Part shown: positions 11,918-21,296 of the stretch, in pieces | How positions within the stretch are numbered: the first letter of the stretch is position 1 | Layout: each line of letters opens with the position of its first letter | Assembly: GCA_965204345.1 (NCBI GenBank) | Contig: OZ241981.1 | Span: 544,001-608,000, forward strand | Direction of reading: 5' to 3' | DNA length: 64,000 nt | DNA from: Nitrosopumilus sp. | GTDB taxonomy: Archaea > Thermoproteota > Nitrososphaeria > Nitrososphaerales > Nitrosopumilaceae | Position numbers and translations under genes: made by a program | The notes under the pieces: generated by a model | Told to the model about the DNA's origin: nothing | Databases searched by the model: none | Seen by the model: the letters and a program-made list of their open reading frames with translations, nothing else

Positions 11918-11970
11918 CCTTTTCTTATTTTTTACCGACAGTATAAAAGAATGAAATGACATATTTTATC

Positions 11971-12111
11971 ATGGCAAAGCGAATAACAGTGATGCTAGAT
12001 GATGACAATCTTAAAAAATTGCGGCTAAAACAAGCAAAGGCAATCAAGGAATCATCAAAATCAGTTAGTTTCTCCAGAATAATCAACGACGAAATCAGAA
12101 ACTGTAAGTGA
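11971..12111 (+). CDS. Small ribbon-helix-helix-like protein, 46 aa (below the ORF-track cutoff)
   Basis: MAKRITVMLDDDNLKKLRLKQAKAIKESSKSVSFSRIINDEIRNCK has the RHH beta-alpha-alpha pattern; TATAAA lies ~29 nt upstream. Confidence 0.75.
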   Translation: MAKRITVMLDDDNLKKLRLKQAKAIKESSKSVSFSRIINDEIRNCK

Positions 12112-12113
12112 CA

Positions 12114-12275
12114 TCATATCCAAGGATCGGCATCCTCACCCCACTGTTCAACACCTTTGGATGACTTGCTCAGAGAGTTACTTTTTGCAACGTTAGCTAA
12201 AAGACATTCATCAGAGCAGTGACTGAGTTTTGGGCGCCTCATCACTTTGCCACATTTTTTACAAAACTTTCCCAT
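12114..12275 (-). CDS. Small Cys-rich (CxxC...CxxxC) zinc-finger protein
   Basis: MGKFCKKCGKVMRRPKLSHCSDECL; internal ATG chosen because a TTTATAAA box lies ~20-25 nt upstream. Confidence 0.65.
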   Translation of the reverse strand: MGKFCKKCGKVMRRPKLSHCSDECLLANVAKSNSLSKSSKGVEQWGEDADPWI

Positions 12276-12384
12276 TAATGAACAAAGTATTTTTATAAAT
12301 ATACCAACTTTGTAGATTTTCAATACTGATAATGAGTACAAGTATCCAGGATATTTTTGATATGTTTATTTGTAATGTTAAAAT

Positions 12385-12981
12385 ATGAAAATCATGGATG
12401 TGTCTGCGGTAAAAAGAAAGCCACATTCTCAAAAAAAGGGGAAGACAAGAACGGTAACATTTAGGCTCCCAGAGAAATTAATCACAGAGTTAGAAACAGA
12501 GGCCGTACAAAAAGAGATATCTACAAATGTTTTGGCAAGACAAATTTTTGAAAAATTTGCTCGATGGGACAGATTTTCTGACAAAATTGGAATAATACCA
12601 GTGCCAAAAAGAATACTAACATCACTTGGGTTGGATTTGGAAACTCAAGACATCAATATGATAATAGATGTGTTAAAGCCAATAATCAAAGACAATGTAT
12701 TATTCATGAAAGGAAGATATGATTTGAAAAGATGCATAGAAACATTTGAAGACTATGTGAGGGCATCCGGAATGAAATCAGACCACAGAGTGGAAGGCAG
12801 CCTACATCATTTTATCATACAGCACGGGTTAGGAATGAGCTGGTCATTGTTTACAGAACAGCTACTCAAAGAGATATTTCATGAATTTTTACCTGATAAA
12901 ACCGTCAAATCAGAAACAACTGAAACTACTGTGATTACAACCATTGCACTTGGAGCAGATTTTAATGAACATGAATATTAA
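12385..12981 (+). CDS. Putative regulator with an N-terminal RHH-like domain
   Basis: TRTVTFRLPEKLITELETEA...ISTNVLARQI is RHH-like; the C-terminal domain (HHFIIQHGLGMSWS) is of unknown function. Confidence 0.75.
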   Translation: MKIMDVSAVKRKPHSQKKGKTRTVTFRLPEKLITELETEAVQKEISTNVLARQIFEKFARWDRFSDKIGIIPVPKRILTSLGLDLETQDINMIIDVLKPIIKDNVLFMKGRYDLKRCIETFEDYVRASGMKSDHRVEGSLHHFIIQHGLGMSWSLFTEQLLKEIFHEFLPDKTVKSETTETTVITTIALGADFNEHEY

Positions 12982-12991
12982 AAAAAAGAAA

Positions 12992-13321
12992 CTAGCTGTT
13001 GAGAATTAACTCAACGTTTGTTTTTCCGTTATTAAATACACTTTGTATTCCTTTTACTTTGCTTTTGTAAAGGAACAGCCTTTTGCCATCTTCAGTAATG
13101 ATGCCAGATGTTAAAAGCAATTTGTTGTCATGAAGAGTCTGAATTCTTCGGTATACGGTGCTCATGGGAATCTTTGACTCGGCAGTGATCTCAATTACTG
13201 ACTTTGGTTTGTACATGATGGATTCCAGGATGGTCCTGCAATACTTGTCAGACAAGATTTCAAGCAGGCTATCTTGTTTTTCTGCCTCTTCAATTTTGAA
13301 GGTTTGCTGTAATGATTGCAT
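12992..13321 (-). CDS. Winged helix-turn-helix regulator (ArsR-like)
   Basis: LSDKYCRTIL...KSVIEI...IPMSTVYRRIQTL. Confidence 0.85.
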   Translation of the reverse strand: MQSLQQTFKIEEAEKQDSLLEILSDKYCRTILESIMYKPKSVIEITAESKIPMSTVYRRIQTLHDNKLLLTSGIITEDGKRLFLYKSKVKGIQSVFNNGKTNVELILNS

Positions 13322-13502
13322 AAAATAGTATTTTATAGAATATGATATAATAAATCAGTCAACACTGTCTTGCAGTGTATACGATTATTTTCTGAAATTC
13401 ATCCCCCATTTCGTGCCTCATCTTTTCTGATTTTGGCCAACACCAAAGACAAAATGTCAGGATCTTGATTTTTAAATTTGACAGACCATAAAGCAGGCTT
13501 TA

Positions 13503-14777
13503 TTATTTTTTAGAGAATTTATAGAATAATGCACCAATTCCAACAAGCGCCATCCCTATAAGCACAACTTTGAATTCAAATTGCAAAGTCATGTATATTG
13601 AGATTCCAACTCCAAATAATGGAAGAATGGGAAACCTGCCAATGTTTAATGGAACTGTGAATTTTCTTTGGATCTCAGGTTCGGTATAACGTAAAACAAT
13701 TACTGCCAAATTTACAGCGGCAAAAGTAATTACAATGGCAAAAACAGCAATGTTTGCAACAATTACAATATCACCAATTAATGTAAAAGAAATCGACATA
13801 ATCATAATCACAATAATTGCCATCCAGGGAGTTTTGGTCCTAAAATGAATTTTTTTTAGGAACAATGGGAATGCCTGTTCTCTTGCCATGCCATAAAAAA
13901 TTCTAGAACCGGCAACAAGAGTAATCAAAACAGTGTTGGTTATGGCAAAAAGGGCAATTGATGAAAGCAGTACATGTGCTTTAGGACCTAGTCCTCTTTC
14001 TGCAACCAATGCAATGGGTGCAGATGAGGCTGCAAGTTCGCTCCAGTCTACAACTCGTACCACAGACAAAGAGACAAGTATGTAAATTGTTCCAGTAATC
14101 AGAACGGATAAAACTATTGCCCGAGGGATGGTTTTTTTAGGATTTTTTACCTCTTCTGCTATATTTGCCATATTTTCAAATCCAATAAACGCAAAAAATA
14201 TCAATACAAATGCAACCATAATTCCTGCAAGGCCTGTGGGGCTTTCAGCATAATCTACAGGTGCAGGATTAACAAAGGTAAACCCAATTATAATAATCAA
14301 AACCAGGCCTGTCGCTTCAATTATTGTAAAAATGGTATTTGTCCATGCAGATTCCCTAATCCCCATGAAATTTACCAGTGAAAGAATAGCCAACAGCCCA
14401 ATTGCAGATAAAACTATAGGCAGATCCACAAACTCCGAAAAATAGCCGCCGAATCCCAATGCAACAGTTGAGGCAGTAATAACAGAAGTAACGGCAGTTA
14501 GCCATCCAATAATAAAAGCAGCAAAATTATTTTTGAAAGCATTTTTAACAAAGACATACTCTGCGGCAGCCTTTGGAAATACAGAGGATAATTCAGCATA
14601 GCTGAATCCAGCAAATAATGCAACAATGGATCCCAAAACAAATGCAACCCATACTGCATTACCTGCAATACCTGCCGCCTCTCCTATCAGTACATAGATT
14701 CCCGCACCAAGAATTAATCCAACCCCATACATGGTAAGTTGAAAGAGGCCCATGTGTCGTTTTAGCTCAGACAACAA
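13503..14777 (-). CDS. APC-family amino acid permease
   Basis: GLILGAGIY, YAELSS and FAFIGFE...AEEVKNP motifs; about 12 TM helices. Confidence 0.92.
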   Translation of the reverse strand: MLSELKRHMGLFQLTMYGVGLILGAGIYVLIGEAAGIAGNAVWVAFVLGSIVALFAGFSYAELSSVFPKAAAEYVFVKNAFKNNFAAFIIGWLTAVTSVITASTVALGFGGYFSEFVDLPIVLSAIGLLAILSLVNFMGIRESAWTNTIFTIIEATGLVLIIIIGFTFVNPAPVDYAESPTGLAGIMVAFVLIFFAFIGFENMANIAEEVKNPKKTIPRAIVLSVLITGTIYILVSLSVVRVVDWSELAASSAPIALVAERGLGPKAHVLLSSIALFAITNTVLITLVAGSRIFYGMAREQAFPLFLKKIHFRTKTPWMAIIVIMIMSISFTLIGDIVIVANIAVFAIVITFAAVNLAVIVLRYTEPEIQRKFTVPLNIGRFPILPLFGVGISIYMTLQFEFKVVLIGMALVGIGALFYKFSKK

Positions 14778-14881
14778 ATTGCTTTGTTAGTCAATGATAA
14801 GAGGAAAGTTACGATTATTGATGGTGAAAATAAGGATTTGGTTTATTTGCCATAGATTACGTTTTGCTTAGTTCTGTTAAA

Positions 14882-15307
14882 TCACTTTACAATCAATACT
14901 GGTTTGCCGGATTTATGAAGGACATAGTTTGATGTGCTGCCCAAGAAAATCTCTCTTGCCGCACTCATCCCTCTAGAACCAATCACGATAAGATCAAAAT
15001 TGTGTCTTGAAGCAATATCAACTATTCTTTTTCCGTCATCGCCATAAGAGACTCGCTCAAAAAACAAAATGCCCTTTTTTGCTGCCTTTAGCTTGGCTTT
15101 TTTCATAATTTTTTTGGCATGATCTAAAAAAAGTCTTTCCATAGGAGGCATGGGTTCGTCAGTTCTAGGTTTAACCATCCCAATCACATACAAGCCAGTA
15201 ACAGCGGCATGAGACTCTCTTGCCATCTGAATTGCAACGTCTAAACCACGAAAAGAGTTAGGAGAGCCATCTAGGGGCACTAGAATTTTCTTTATGCTAA
15301 TTGCCAT
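14882..15307 (-). CDS. Universal stress protein (USP)
   Basis: ILVPLDGS...DLIVIGSRG...FLGSTSNYVLH. Confidence 0.95.
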   Translation of the reverse strand: MAISIKKILVPLDGSPNSFRGLDVAIQMARESHAAVTGLYVIGMVKPRTDEPMPPMERLFLDHAKKIMKKAKLKAAKKGILFFERVSYGDDGKRIVDIASRHNFDLIVIGSRGMSAAREIFLGSTSNYVLHKSGKPVLIVK

Positions 15308-15346
15308 GAAAAAATACGCTAATTTTTAAATTTAAAGACAATCGAG

Positions 15347-15377
15347 ATTCTCCCAGTTGATTTTCATATATGACATT
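15347..15377. promoter_or_regulatory. Two overlapping stress-cluster palindrome copies between the divergent USP and CBS genes
   Basis: Minus strand AAAATCA-ACTG-GGAGAAT lies 10 nt before TTTAAA; plus strand ATTTTCA-TATA-TGACATT. Confidence 0.65.
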
Positions 15378-15421
15378 CTAGATGAACATGAAATATCAAA
15401 TCAGACATTGTGAATTGTAAG

Positions 15422-15883
15422 ATGAATAATGCAAAGACCATGACTATTGCAGATGTTATGACAAAATCAGTGATTTCAGTGGATGCATCCATGACAGTAA
15501 ATGAAGCTGCAAAGATGATGGAAGACACAAAGGTTGGTGCAGTCATTGTAATGGAAAACAACATTCCCGTAGGAATTATCACAGATAGAGATTTTGCAGT
15601 AAAGGTTGTAGCCCATGCATATCAAATTACATCTCCAGTAAAGCAGATAATGTCATCTCCCTTATTCTCAATAAGCTTAGACGAGTCAGTTAGGACAGCA
15701 GCTGATTTAATGCATGCACGAGGGATAATGAAACTGCCCGTAATTGATGGCGAAAAGGTTGTAGGAATAATAACAGCAAGGGATATTGTTAATTTATTGG
15801 CAGTTTGTGTGGAAGATGACGTACGAGACATGTACTTTCATTCAGTAGTGAAAATATTTTCAGATTACAGCCCATATAACTAA
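15422..15883 (+). CDS. CBS-domain pair protein
   Basis: IADVMT...VGIITDRD...IMSSP...VGIITARD; ATG at 15422 preferred over GTG at 15410. Confidence 0.92.
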   Translation: MNNAKTMTIADVMTKSVISVDASMTVNEAAKMMEDTKVGAVIVMENNIPVGIITDRDFAVKVVAHAYQITSPVKQIMSSPLFSISLDESVRTAADLMHARGIMKLPVIDGEKVVGIITARDIVNLLAVCVEDDVRDMYFHSVVKIFSDYSPYN

Positions 15884-16269
15884 AAAAAATTACGGCAAGC
15901 CAGATAATACTAGCAGCAATGCCATTTTTTATTGGAATTGCAACGTATCTCCATGGAACAGCCAGCCAGAATAACCGCAAAGAACGTCTCAGAAAAGAAG
16001 AAGAAGCCAAATAGGAATATTCTGTATGTGATTTTGTCAGGAATTTGGGCTTTTCTCTTTGCTGGGAATTATACCACAATTTAAAAAAGGTGCTTTGATA
16101 ATAACTTGAGGTAGTACCAAGCATGAATACAGCCCCATACTGGAATAAAAAAATATGTTCAGATTGCAAGAGAATGCGGTGTGACAAAGGATGTCTTTGT
16201 GACTGCCATCAGTTACGAGATAGAACAAATTAAGCAATATCTGCATATCTTTTAAAAAAAAATTACCAG

Positions 16270-16707
16270 TTAATCAGGACCCAGTCTCAAAAGTATCTGA
16301 TCACAGATTTTGCGCATTTGGGAATCAGAACCTACACTAGAAATTCTTACAATATCACTAGTGGTGATGATTCCAATAATTTTGTCATTTTCTCTTACAG
16401 GTAGTTTATGAATGTCTTTTTCTTTCATCATCTCTGAGGCCTCCCACACTGTTGCTTCCGGACCAATGGTGATCAAAGGAGAGGACATTACTTCATAAAT
16501 TTCAGTAAAAAGAGGCTTGCCTCCGGCTATGACTTTGGTTACAAAGTCCCTTTCAGTTACAATTCCAACAGGCCTTGCATCATCGGTAATAACAACACAG
16601 CCGATATTTTGTGTTTTCATGCGCTCAGCAGCTTCTTGTAATGAGGCCAGCTTGTCAACAGTTAGAACGGTTTTGCTCATTATCTGATTTACAAACGTAC
16701 TATCCAT
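16270..16707 (-). CDS. CBS-domain pair protein
   Basis: VNQIMS...VGIVTERD...VMSSP...IGIITTSD; start trimmed to MDSTFV. Confidence 0.92.
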   Translation of the reverse strand: MDSTFVNQIMSKTVLTVDKLASLQEAAERMKTQNIGCVVITDDARPVGIVTERDFVTKVIAGGKPLFTEIYEVMSSPLITIGPEATVWEASEMMKEKDIHKLPVRENDKIIGIITTSDIVRISSVGSDSQMRKICDQILLRLGPD

Positions 16708-16747
16708 ACGACACAACATATTTCCAATTATATCAGATAAATTCCAG

Positions 16748-16765
16748 ATTATCATTTTTGAGAAT
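16748..16765. promoter_or_regulatory. Near-perfect palindrome ATTATCA-TTTT-TGAGAAT between the divergent CBS and USP genes
   Basis: 6 of 7 bases symmetric; best copy of the cluster motif. Confidence 0.75.
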
Positions 16766-16818
16766 CAGCAAAGAAAATCACAATATCTTTTAAAATATAA
16801 AAACAAGAGTTCCAACAT

Positions 16819-17250
16819 ATGGCAATATCAACAAAGAGAATACTGGTTCCCTTAGATGGCTCAAAAAATTCAGTCAGGGGATTGGACATGGCCATACACA
16901 TTGCAAGGCAATCTCAGGGAACAATCACGGCACTATCAGTAAAATCAGTGCCTGGAATATATTCACTTCACCCCCTAGGATTTTTGGATCTTAATTCAAT
17001 GACAGAAGTGAAAAAACTGCTTGAAGATTCAAAGGTAAGGGCTGCAAAAAAAGGAATCAAATTGGTTGGAAAGGCACTTGCAGGAGATCCGGGATACGAT
17101 ATTGCAAGATTTGCAAATAATGCAAAAAACAAAATTGATCTAGTGGTAATTGGCGCTCGTGGAAGAAGCTCTGCAAAAGAGATTTTCTTGGGCAGCACGT
17201 CAAACTATGTCCTTCACAAATCCAAGAAACCAGTATTGATTGTAAAATAA
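16819..17250 (+). CDS. Universal stress protein (USP)
   Basis: ILVPLDGS...GDP...DLVVIGARG...FLGSTSNYVLH. Confidence 0.95.
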   Translation: MAISTKRILVPLDGSKNSVRGLDMAIHIARQSQGTITALSVKSVPGIYSLHPLGFLDLNSMTEVKKLLEDSKVRAAKKGIKLVGKALAGDPGYDIARFANNAKNKIDLVVIGARGRSSAKEIFLGSTSNYVLHKSKKPVLIVK

Positions 17251-17261
17251 TCAAGAACCGT

Positions 17262-17675
17262 CATTTTAAAAAAAATGCTGATGTCAATGGACGGTTTGAA
17301 ATTTTCTCAAAAAGCGTTACAGCGGGCATGCGAAATTGCCAAAGCACTTGATTCAAAAATTATTCTGCTTTATGTGATTGAAAATCCACCTGTGATTAGC
17401 CTTTTAGATCGTAGGAAAATCTTAATTTATTGCAACAGTTTGGAACCAGGACACTTAAAAAAAGCAAACGACATGTGGTAAAAGAAGAGATCGGTGCAAA
17501 GAGTCTTAAAAAGAGAAAGCATTGCAGGTAAAATTAAAAAATTTGTTAAAACTGAAAAATGCAGTCTGATAGTAGTGGAAAGCAGGGATTGGGAACAGTT
17601 AGCAAAGCGCTGCTTGAAAGTGTTTCAAACAGACTTGCGCAAACATTATCTTGTTTGCTGTTGACTGCAAAATAA
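17262..17675 (+). pseudogene. Frameshifted USP pseudogene
   Basis: First frame reads KKMLMSMDG..FSQKALQRACEIAK...IILLYVI; a later frame reads GLGTVSKALLESVSNRLAQTLSCLLLTAK-stop; several frameshifts lie between. Confidence 0.8.
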
Positions 17676-17677
17676 AG

Positions 17678-18529
17678 TCATGCTAGTGTATTTACAATAT
17701 CAGACTTTGTAATAATGCCCACTAACCTTGATTTTTTGACTACGGGTAATCCACTAATGTCATATTTTATCATACGAGTAATAGCCAACCTAACATCCTC
17801 ATCTGCCTGAATTGTGATGGGATTGGTTGCCATGATGTCAGCGGCGTTGAATGCAAAGAGATAGCTCAAGTGATTGGGATGATGTTCTCTTAGTCCCTTA
17901 TGGAATTGATACTCTTTAACCTCAAGAGGATCTGCAGATTCTGCAATCCACTTGGGAACCTTTGCAGGCACAAAATCTCGAAAGGTAATCACTCCCACGG
18001 GTAGCGAATCACGTTTTACGATAATTCTTGATATTCCATATTTCATCATTAGACCCTCCACATGAAGTATTGGATCACTTGGAGCAACAGTGATTAATTT
18101 TCTTGTCATTATTTTTGAAACTTTTATTGGCATCACATTTTTTGTGAGGAAGACAGTTACAAGATTGGTTTTAGTCACGATTCCTCTCAGAGTTTTGTTT
18201 TTGTTGAGAATAATCACCAAATTAATTCGATGCTTTTTCATCAGTTGTGCACATTCTTCAATAGAATCGTCTGGAGTCAGTGCAAATAATGTTTTTGATG
18301 TAAAGTCTTTTGCCTTTACTGATTTTATTGGCTTTGTACCCAACTCATAAATCTTCCTTGCAATGTCCTTTTCAGTTATTACTCCAGTTGGTTTTTTTTG
18401 ATCTAAAACTATTACTCGCTTTATCTTATGCTCAAGTAAGATTTCCCTTATTCTCAACAGCGAGGTGCCAGGAGTGACTGTGAGAGGTTTTATGATTACA
18501 TTGGATAATTTTGATTTTTTTATATCCAC
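17678..18529 (-). CDS. Four-CBS-domain protein
   Basis: Four G(V/I)(I/V)T motifs (GVITEKD, GIVTKTN, GVITFRD, GIITKSD); GTG at 18529 preferred as start. Confidence 0.9.
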   Translation of the reverse strand: MDIKKSKLSNVIIKPLTVTPGTSLLRIREILLEHKIKRVIVLDQKKPTGVITEKDIARKIYELGTKPIKSVKAKDFTSKTLFALTPDDSIEECAQLMKKHRINLVIILNKNKTLRGIVTKTNLVTVFLTKNVMPIKVSKIMTRKLITVAPSDPILHVEGLMMKYGISRIIVKRDSLPVGVITFRDFVPAKVPKWIAESADPLEVKEYQFHKGLREHHPNHLSYLFAFNAADIMATNPITIQADEDVRLAITRMIKYDISGLPVVKKSRLVGIITKSDIVNTLA

Positions 18530-18568
18530 GGCAATTCTGTGCCACAAGTTGGTAAATACCCCATCAAT

Positions 18569-18586
18569 AATTTCAAAAGTGAGAAT
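18569..18586. promoter_or_regulatory. Stress-cluster palindrome AATTTCA-AAAG-TGAGAAT between the divergent 4xCBS and HPF-like genes
   Basis: TTTA boxes lie 12 nt away on both strands. Confidence 0.7.
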
Positions 18587-18639
18587 CAAGATGATGTATT
18601 TATCATACTAGTTTTAGTTTTAATTAAGAAGCACAGGAT

Positions 18640-19005
18640 ATGTCAGAGAAGATTCCAATATATGTAACAGGATTGCCAAAAGATGAGCCAGCTGGAGAGC
18701 TGCTGGCATCAAAATTTGGCAGCACGTTAGAAAAGGTCAGACAGGTGCTATCAGACATAATTGAAGCAAAGATTGATGTAAAATCTCAAAATACAGACGG
18801 AACAAAATCCCATTATGATGTAACTGCAATTATTAAAACATCAAGCGAGCAGCTAACGTATACGGAATCAGGCTGGGATATTCTTAAAATTGCAGATGAA
18901 CTGTCTAGAAAATTGGAAAGAGAGTTATCAAAGCATGATGACAAACGTCAAAGAGAGAGCATTCGTAAAAAAGATATCAGAGTCTCAAAAATGAGATCTA
19001 GTTGA
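18640..19005 (+). CDS. Putative HPF/RaiA-like (ribosome hibernation) fold protein
   Basis: Predicted beta-alpha-beta-beta-beta-alpha layout, ending ESGWDILKIADELSRKLERELSK plus a basic tail; resembles the HPF C-terminal helix (D..AID....KLERQL.K). Fold inferred by eye. Confidence 0.6.
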   Translation: MSEKIPIYVTGLPKDEPAGELLASKFGSTLEKVRQVLSDIIEAKIDVKSQNTDGTKSHYDVTAIIKTSSEQLTYTESGWDILKIADELSRKLERELSKHDDKRQRESIRKKDIRVSKMRSS

Positions 19006-19232
19006 TTTCAATGGGCAGTAAGAGTCAGAAAAGCAGTAGTATTTCCAGGTGCAGTTAATTCTTCTTTGGATAGCATTTATCGATAAACAATTCTAAAAAA
19101 CAAGGCAATTCAAAAAGCATTAGATGTTGCAAGTGCCTCCTTCTCCTCCATCAAGGAACCATCAATAAAACCATCAAAATATAATTTCATTTTTCATTTA
19201 TTGGCAGTCTAATGTCAATAACGGATATGAGT

Positions 19233-19250
19233 AATTTCAATATTGGAAAT
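19233..19250 (+). promoter_or_regulatory. Stress-cluster palindrome variant AATTTCA-ATAT-TGGAAAT upstream of USP
   Basis: 11-12 nt before (C)TTATAT, which lies 28 nt before the ATG at 19291. Confidence 0.6.
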
Positions 19251-19290
19251 CATCACTGTCTCTTATATTGAATATATTGTGTTGCAATAC

Positions 19291-19713
19291 ATGTCAAAAT
19301 TAAGAAAAATTCTTGTCCCGCTAGACGGATCAGCAAACTCCAACAGGGGACTAGACAAAGCAATTGAAATTGCAAAAGGCAGTGATGCAGAGATTACGGG
19401 ATTTTATGTATTTCATGTGCCTCTTGCTGCAGGAGTAAAATATACCCAAAAAATGAAAGATCAGGTACAGGAGAAAGCAGTTAAAGCAATTGGTCCGGCA
19501 ATGGTTCGTGCAAGAAAGGCAGGAATCAAATTCCAACATAAAGAGGGAGGAGGCCATACAGGTTCGGAGATCCTCAAATTTGCACAAAAGGGAAAGTTTG
19601 ACATGATTACAATTGGTGCCAGAGGAAGAGGCGGCATTAAGGAGGCATTTCTTGGAAGTACATCAAACTATGTCATGCACAAATCAAAAATTCCAGTATT
19701 GATTGTAAAATAA
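19291..19713 (+). CDS. Universal stress protein (USP)
   Basis: KILVPLDGS...DMITIGARG...FLGSTSNYVMH; start trimmed to MSKLRK. Confidence 0.95.
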   Translation: MSKLRKILVPLDGSANSNRGLDKAIEIAKGSDAEITGFYVFHVPLAAGVKYTQKMKDQVQEKAVKAIGPAMVRARKAGIKFQHKEGGGHTGSEILKFAQKGKFDMITIGARGRGGIKEAFLGSTSNYVMHKSKIPVLIVK

Positions 19714-19783
19714 TCAAAAACTGGCCATCGCATTATTTTTGCTTAAGGTAAAACTACTAAAAATCAGATAAATGTCTATTGTA

Positions 19784-19801
19784 ATATTCAATAGTGAGAA
19801 G
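19784..19801 (+). promoter_or_regulatory. Orphan stress-cluster palindrome ATATTCA-ATAG-TGAGAAG
   Basis: 9 nt before TTTATA; only a gene remnant follows. Confidence 0.55.
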
Positions 19802-20046
19802 TGATTATATTTTATAATGTATTGTTTGAAACAGATTGAATAATCAATATTTTGTGTTATCTGCTATGGGTTATTGTCAATAATTCCATCGGGTGCTGCA
19901 TGCGCTGAACATGTTTTTGAAAACAAAGGTGTATTCATAATAAAGATCACAGGACATTGTCAGATTCCAGTGTAATTTTTTTCAGATTCTAATTGAGATG
20001 TGTCTAGATGTTGAGCAAAAGCGCTAAGATAAAAAATATCTAATCC

Positions 20047-20188
20047 AAAAGAATCAGAATATGGTTCGTAATAATATTTTTTAAAACCAACTGCTTAGTT
20101 GTTGCATAGTCTCAGAAAACAAATTCCATGTATCAGCAACGTCTATGGTTTACTAATTATTATTACATCGTCTTGCAAGTATGCTTGC
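20047..20188. repeat. 142-bp direct repeat, copy 1 (copy 2 at 22715-22856)
   Basis: Manual alignment shows one mismatch (agtCtcag vs agtTtcag). Confidence 0.95.
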
Positions 20189-20239
20189 GGCACCGGTAAA
20201 TTCCAGTGAACAGATCATCTGAATTTACCAGAACCGTTG
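20187..20239 (+). mobile_element. Internal fragment of the MITE-like repeat (hairpin core)
   Basis: gcggcaccggtaaattccagtgaacagatcatc is identical to the sequence starting at 23567. Confidence 0.8.
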
Positions 20240-20478
20240 GAAATACACTACTTGAAGTAAATCAAATAATTATTTTAAATTTTGAAACAGTCAAAAAATA
20301 ATTGATTCCAAATTGTAATCACTCTAAGAAGATGATGAATAAGATCTCGGAGAGTCAATAATGTTATATGAATTGTAATTGGGATCTATGATCTTTTTTA
20401 AAAAGTTTGATTATTCTAGATGTCATTCCAATATTTGGAGATATTTTTTATGTGAGTATTTTCAGATGTCATCATATT

Positions 20479-21294
20479 ATGAGTTCTGATTCCTATCAAT
20501 TACCATATATAGAAATGGCATGGGTTTGAGATAACAAACAGTATGGTGTTTCTCTAAACAATCCAGTTGTTATGGTTGGAGAAGATATGCAAACATATCA
20601 CGTAAAATTTAACAAACCAGATGATCTTAGAATTGGAATTAATGAAATAGTTTGCAGTTTAGTGGGTTTAGAGTTGGAATTACCTCTCTTTAAGCCAATA
20701 ATTGCTAAAATTTCTCAAAAAGTAATTGACAGTCATGACTCTTTAGCAGGTTATTGTGCAGGAGAACATTTTGCTCAAGTGTATTTACAACCATTTGAAA
20801 CAGTCAACTCATACATAGGCCAAGGTAAAGAACTCAAAAAAGAAAATGTGGCAAATATAAGATCAGTACCAGATCTAATTGTCTTTGACAAGTATGTAGA
20901 AAATTACGATAGACATGGAGATAACATTTGCCTACGACCAAATGAAGCATTGAGTACAAAGGTTGATTATTACTTATTTGATCATGATTTGGCATTTCAA
21001 AGAAATGACACAAAGACAGACATAAGCAATTTACGTGACTTGAAAAAAGAGTTGATTCACATGTGCTATGTTGTTGATGATGTAAATAAAAGGACATTAT
21101 TTTGGCGTGGAACTAGCAAATGTATTGGATTGAAATCTAAAATTCCAGATTTAATTAAAAAAATCCCAAAATCATGGGCAGAAGGATATGAATCATATAT
21201 GTCAGATATAGAAATTTTACTTTCAAAATTTTCTGAAAGTATCATGAATGAGCATATAGAACTTAATAAAGGAAGATTCCCTAAATTACAGTAG
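20479..21294 (+). pseudogene. HipA-like (HipA_2-type) kinase with an in-frame TGA at codon 17; residual ORF 20572-21294
   Basis: YHVKF (ATP-binding Lys), INE, NYDRHGDN catalytic loop and FDHDLAF; the upstream in-frame sequence is MSSDSYQLPYIEMAWV*DNKQYGVSLNNPVV. Confidence 0.75.
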
Positions 21295-21296
21295 TC

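Noticed and set aside
15789-16246. Two overlapping minus-strand ORFs between the CBS genes
   Set aside because: No recognisable family and one overlaps the CBS gene; at most a decayed membrane-protein gene.
20527-20529. TGA as a selenocysteine or readthrough codon
   Set aside because: No Sec context or SECIS seen and the position is not a Cys-type site; a nonsense mutation is simpler.
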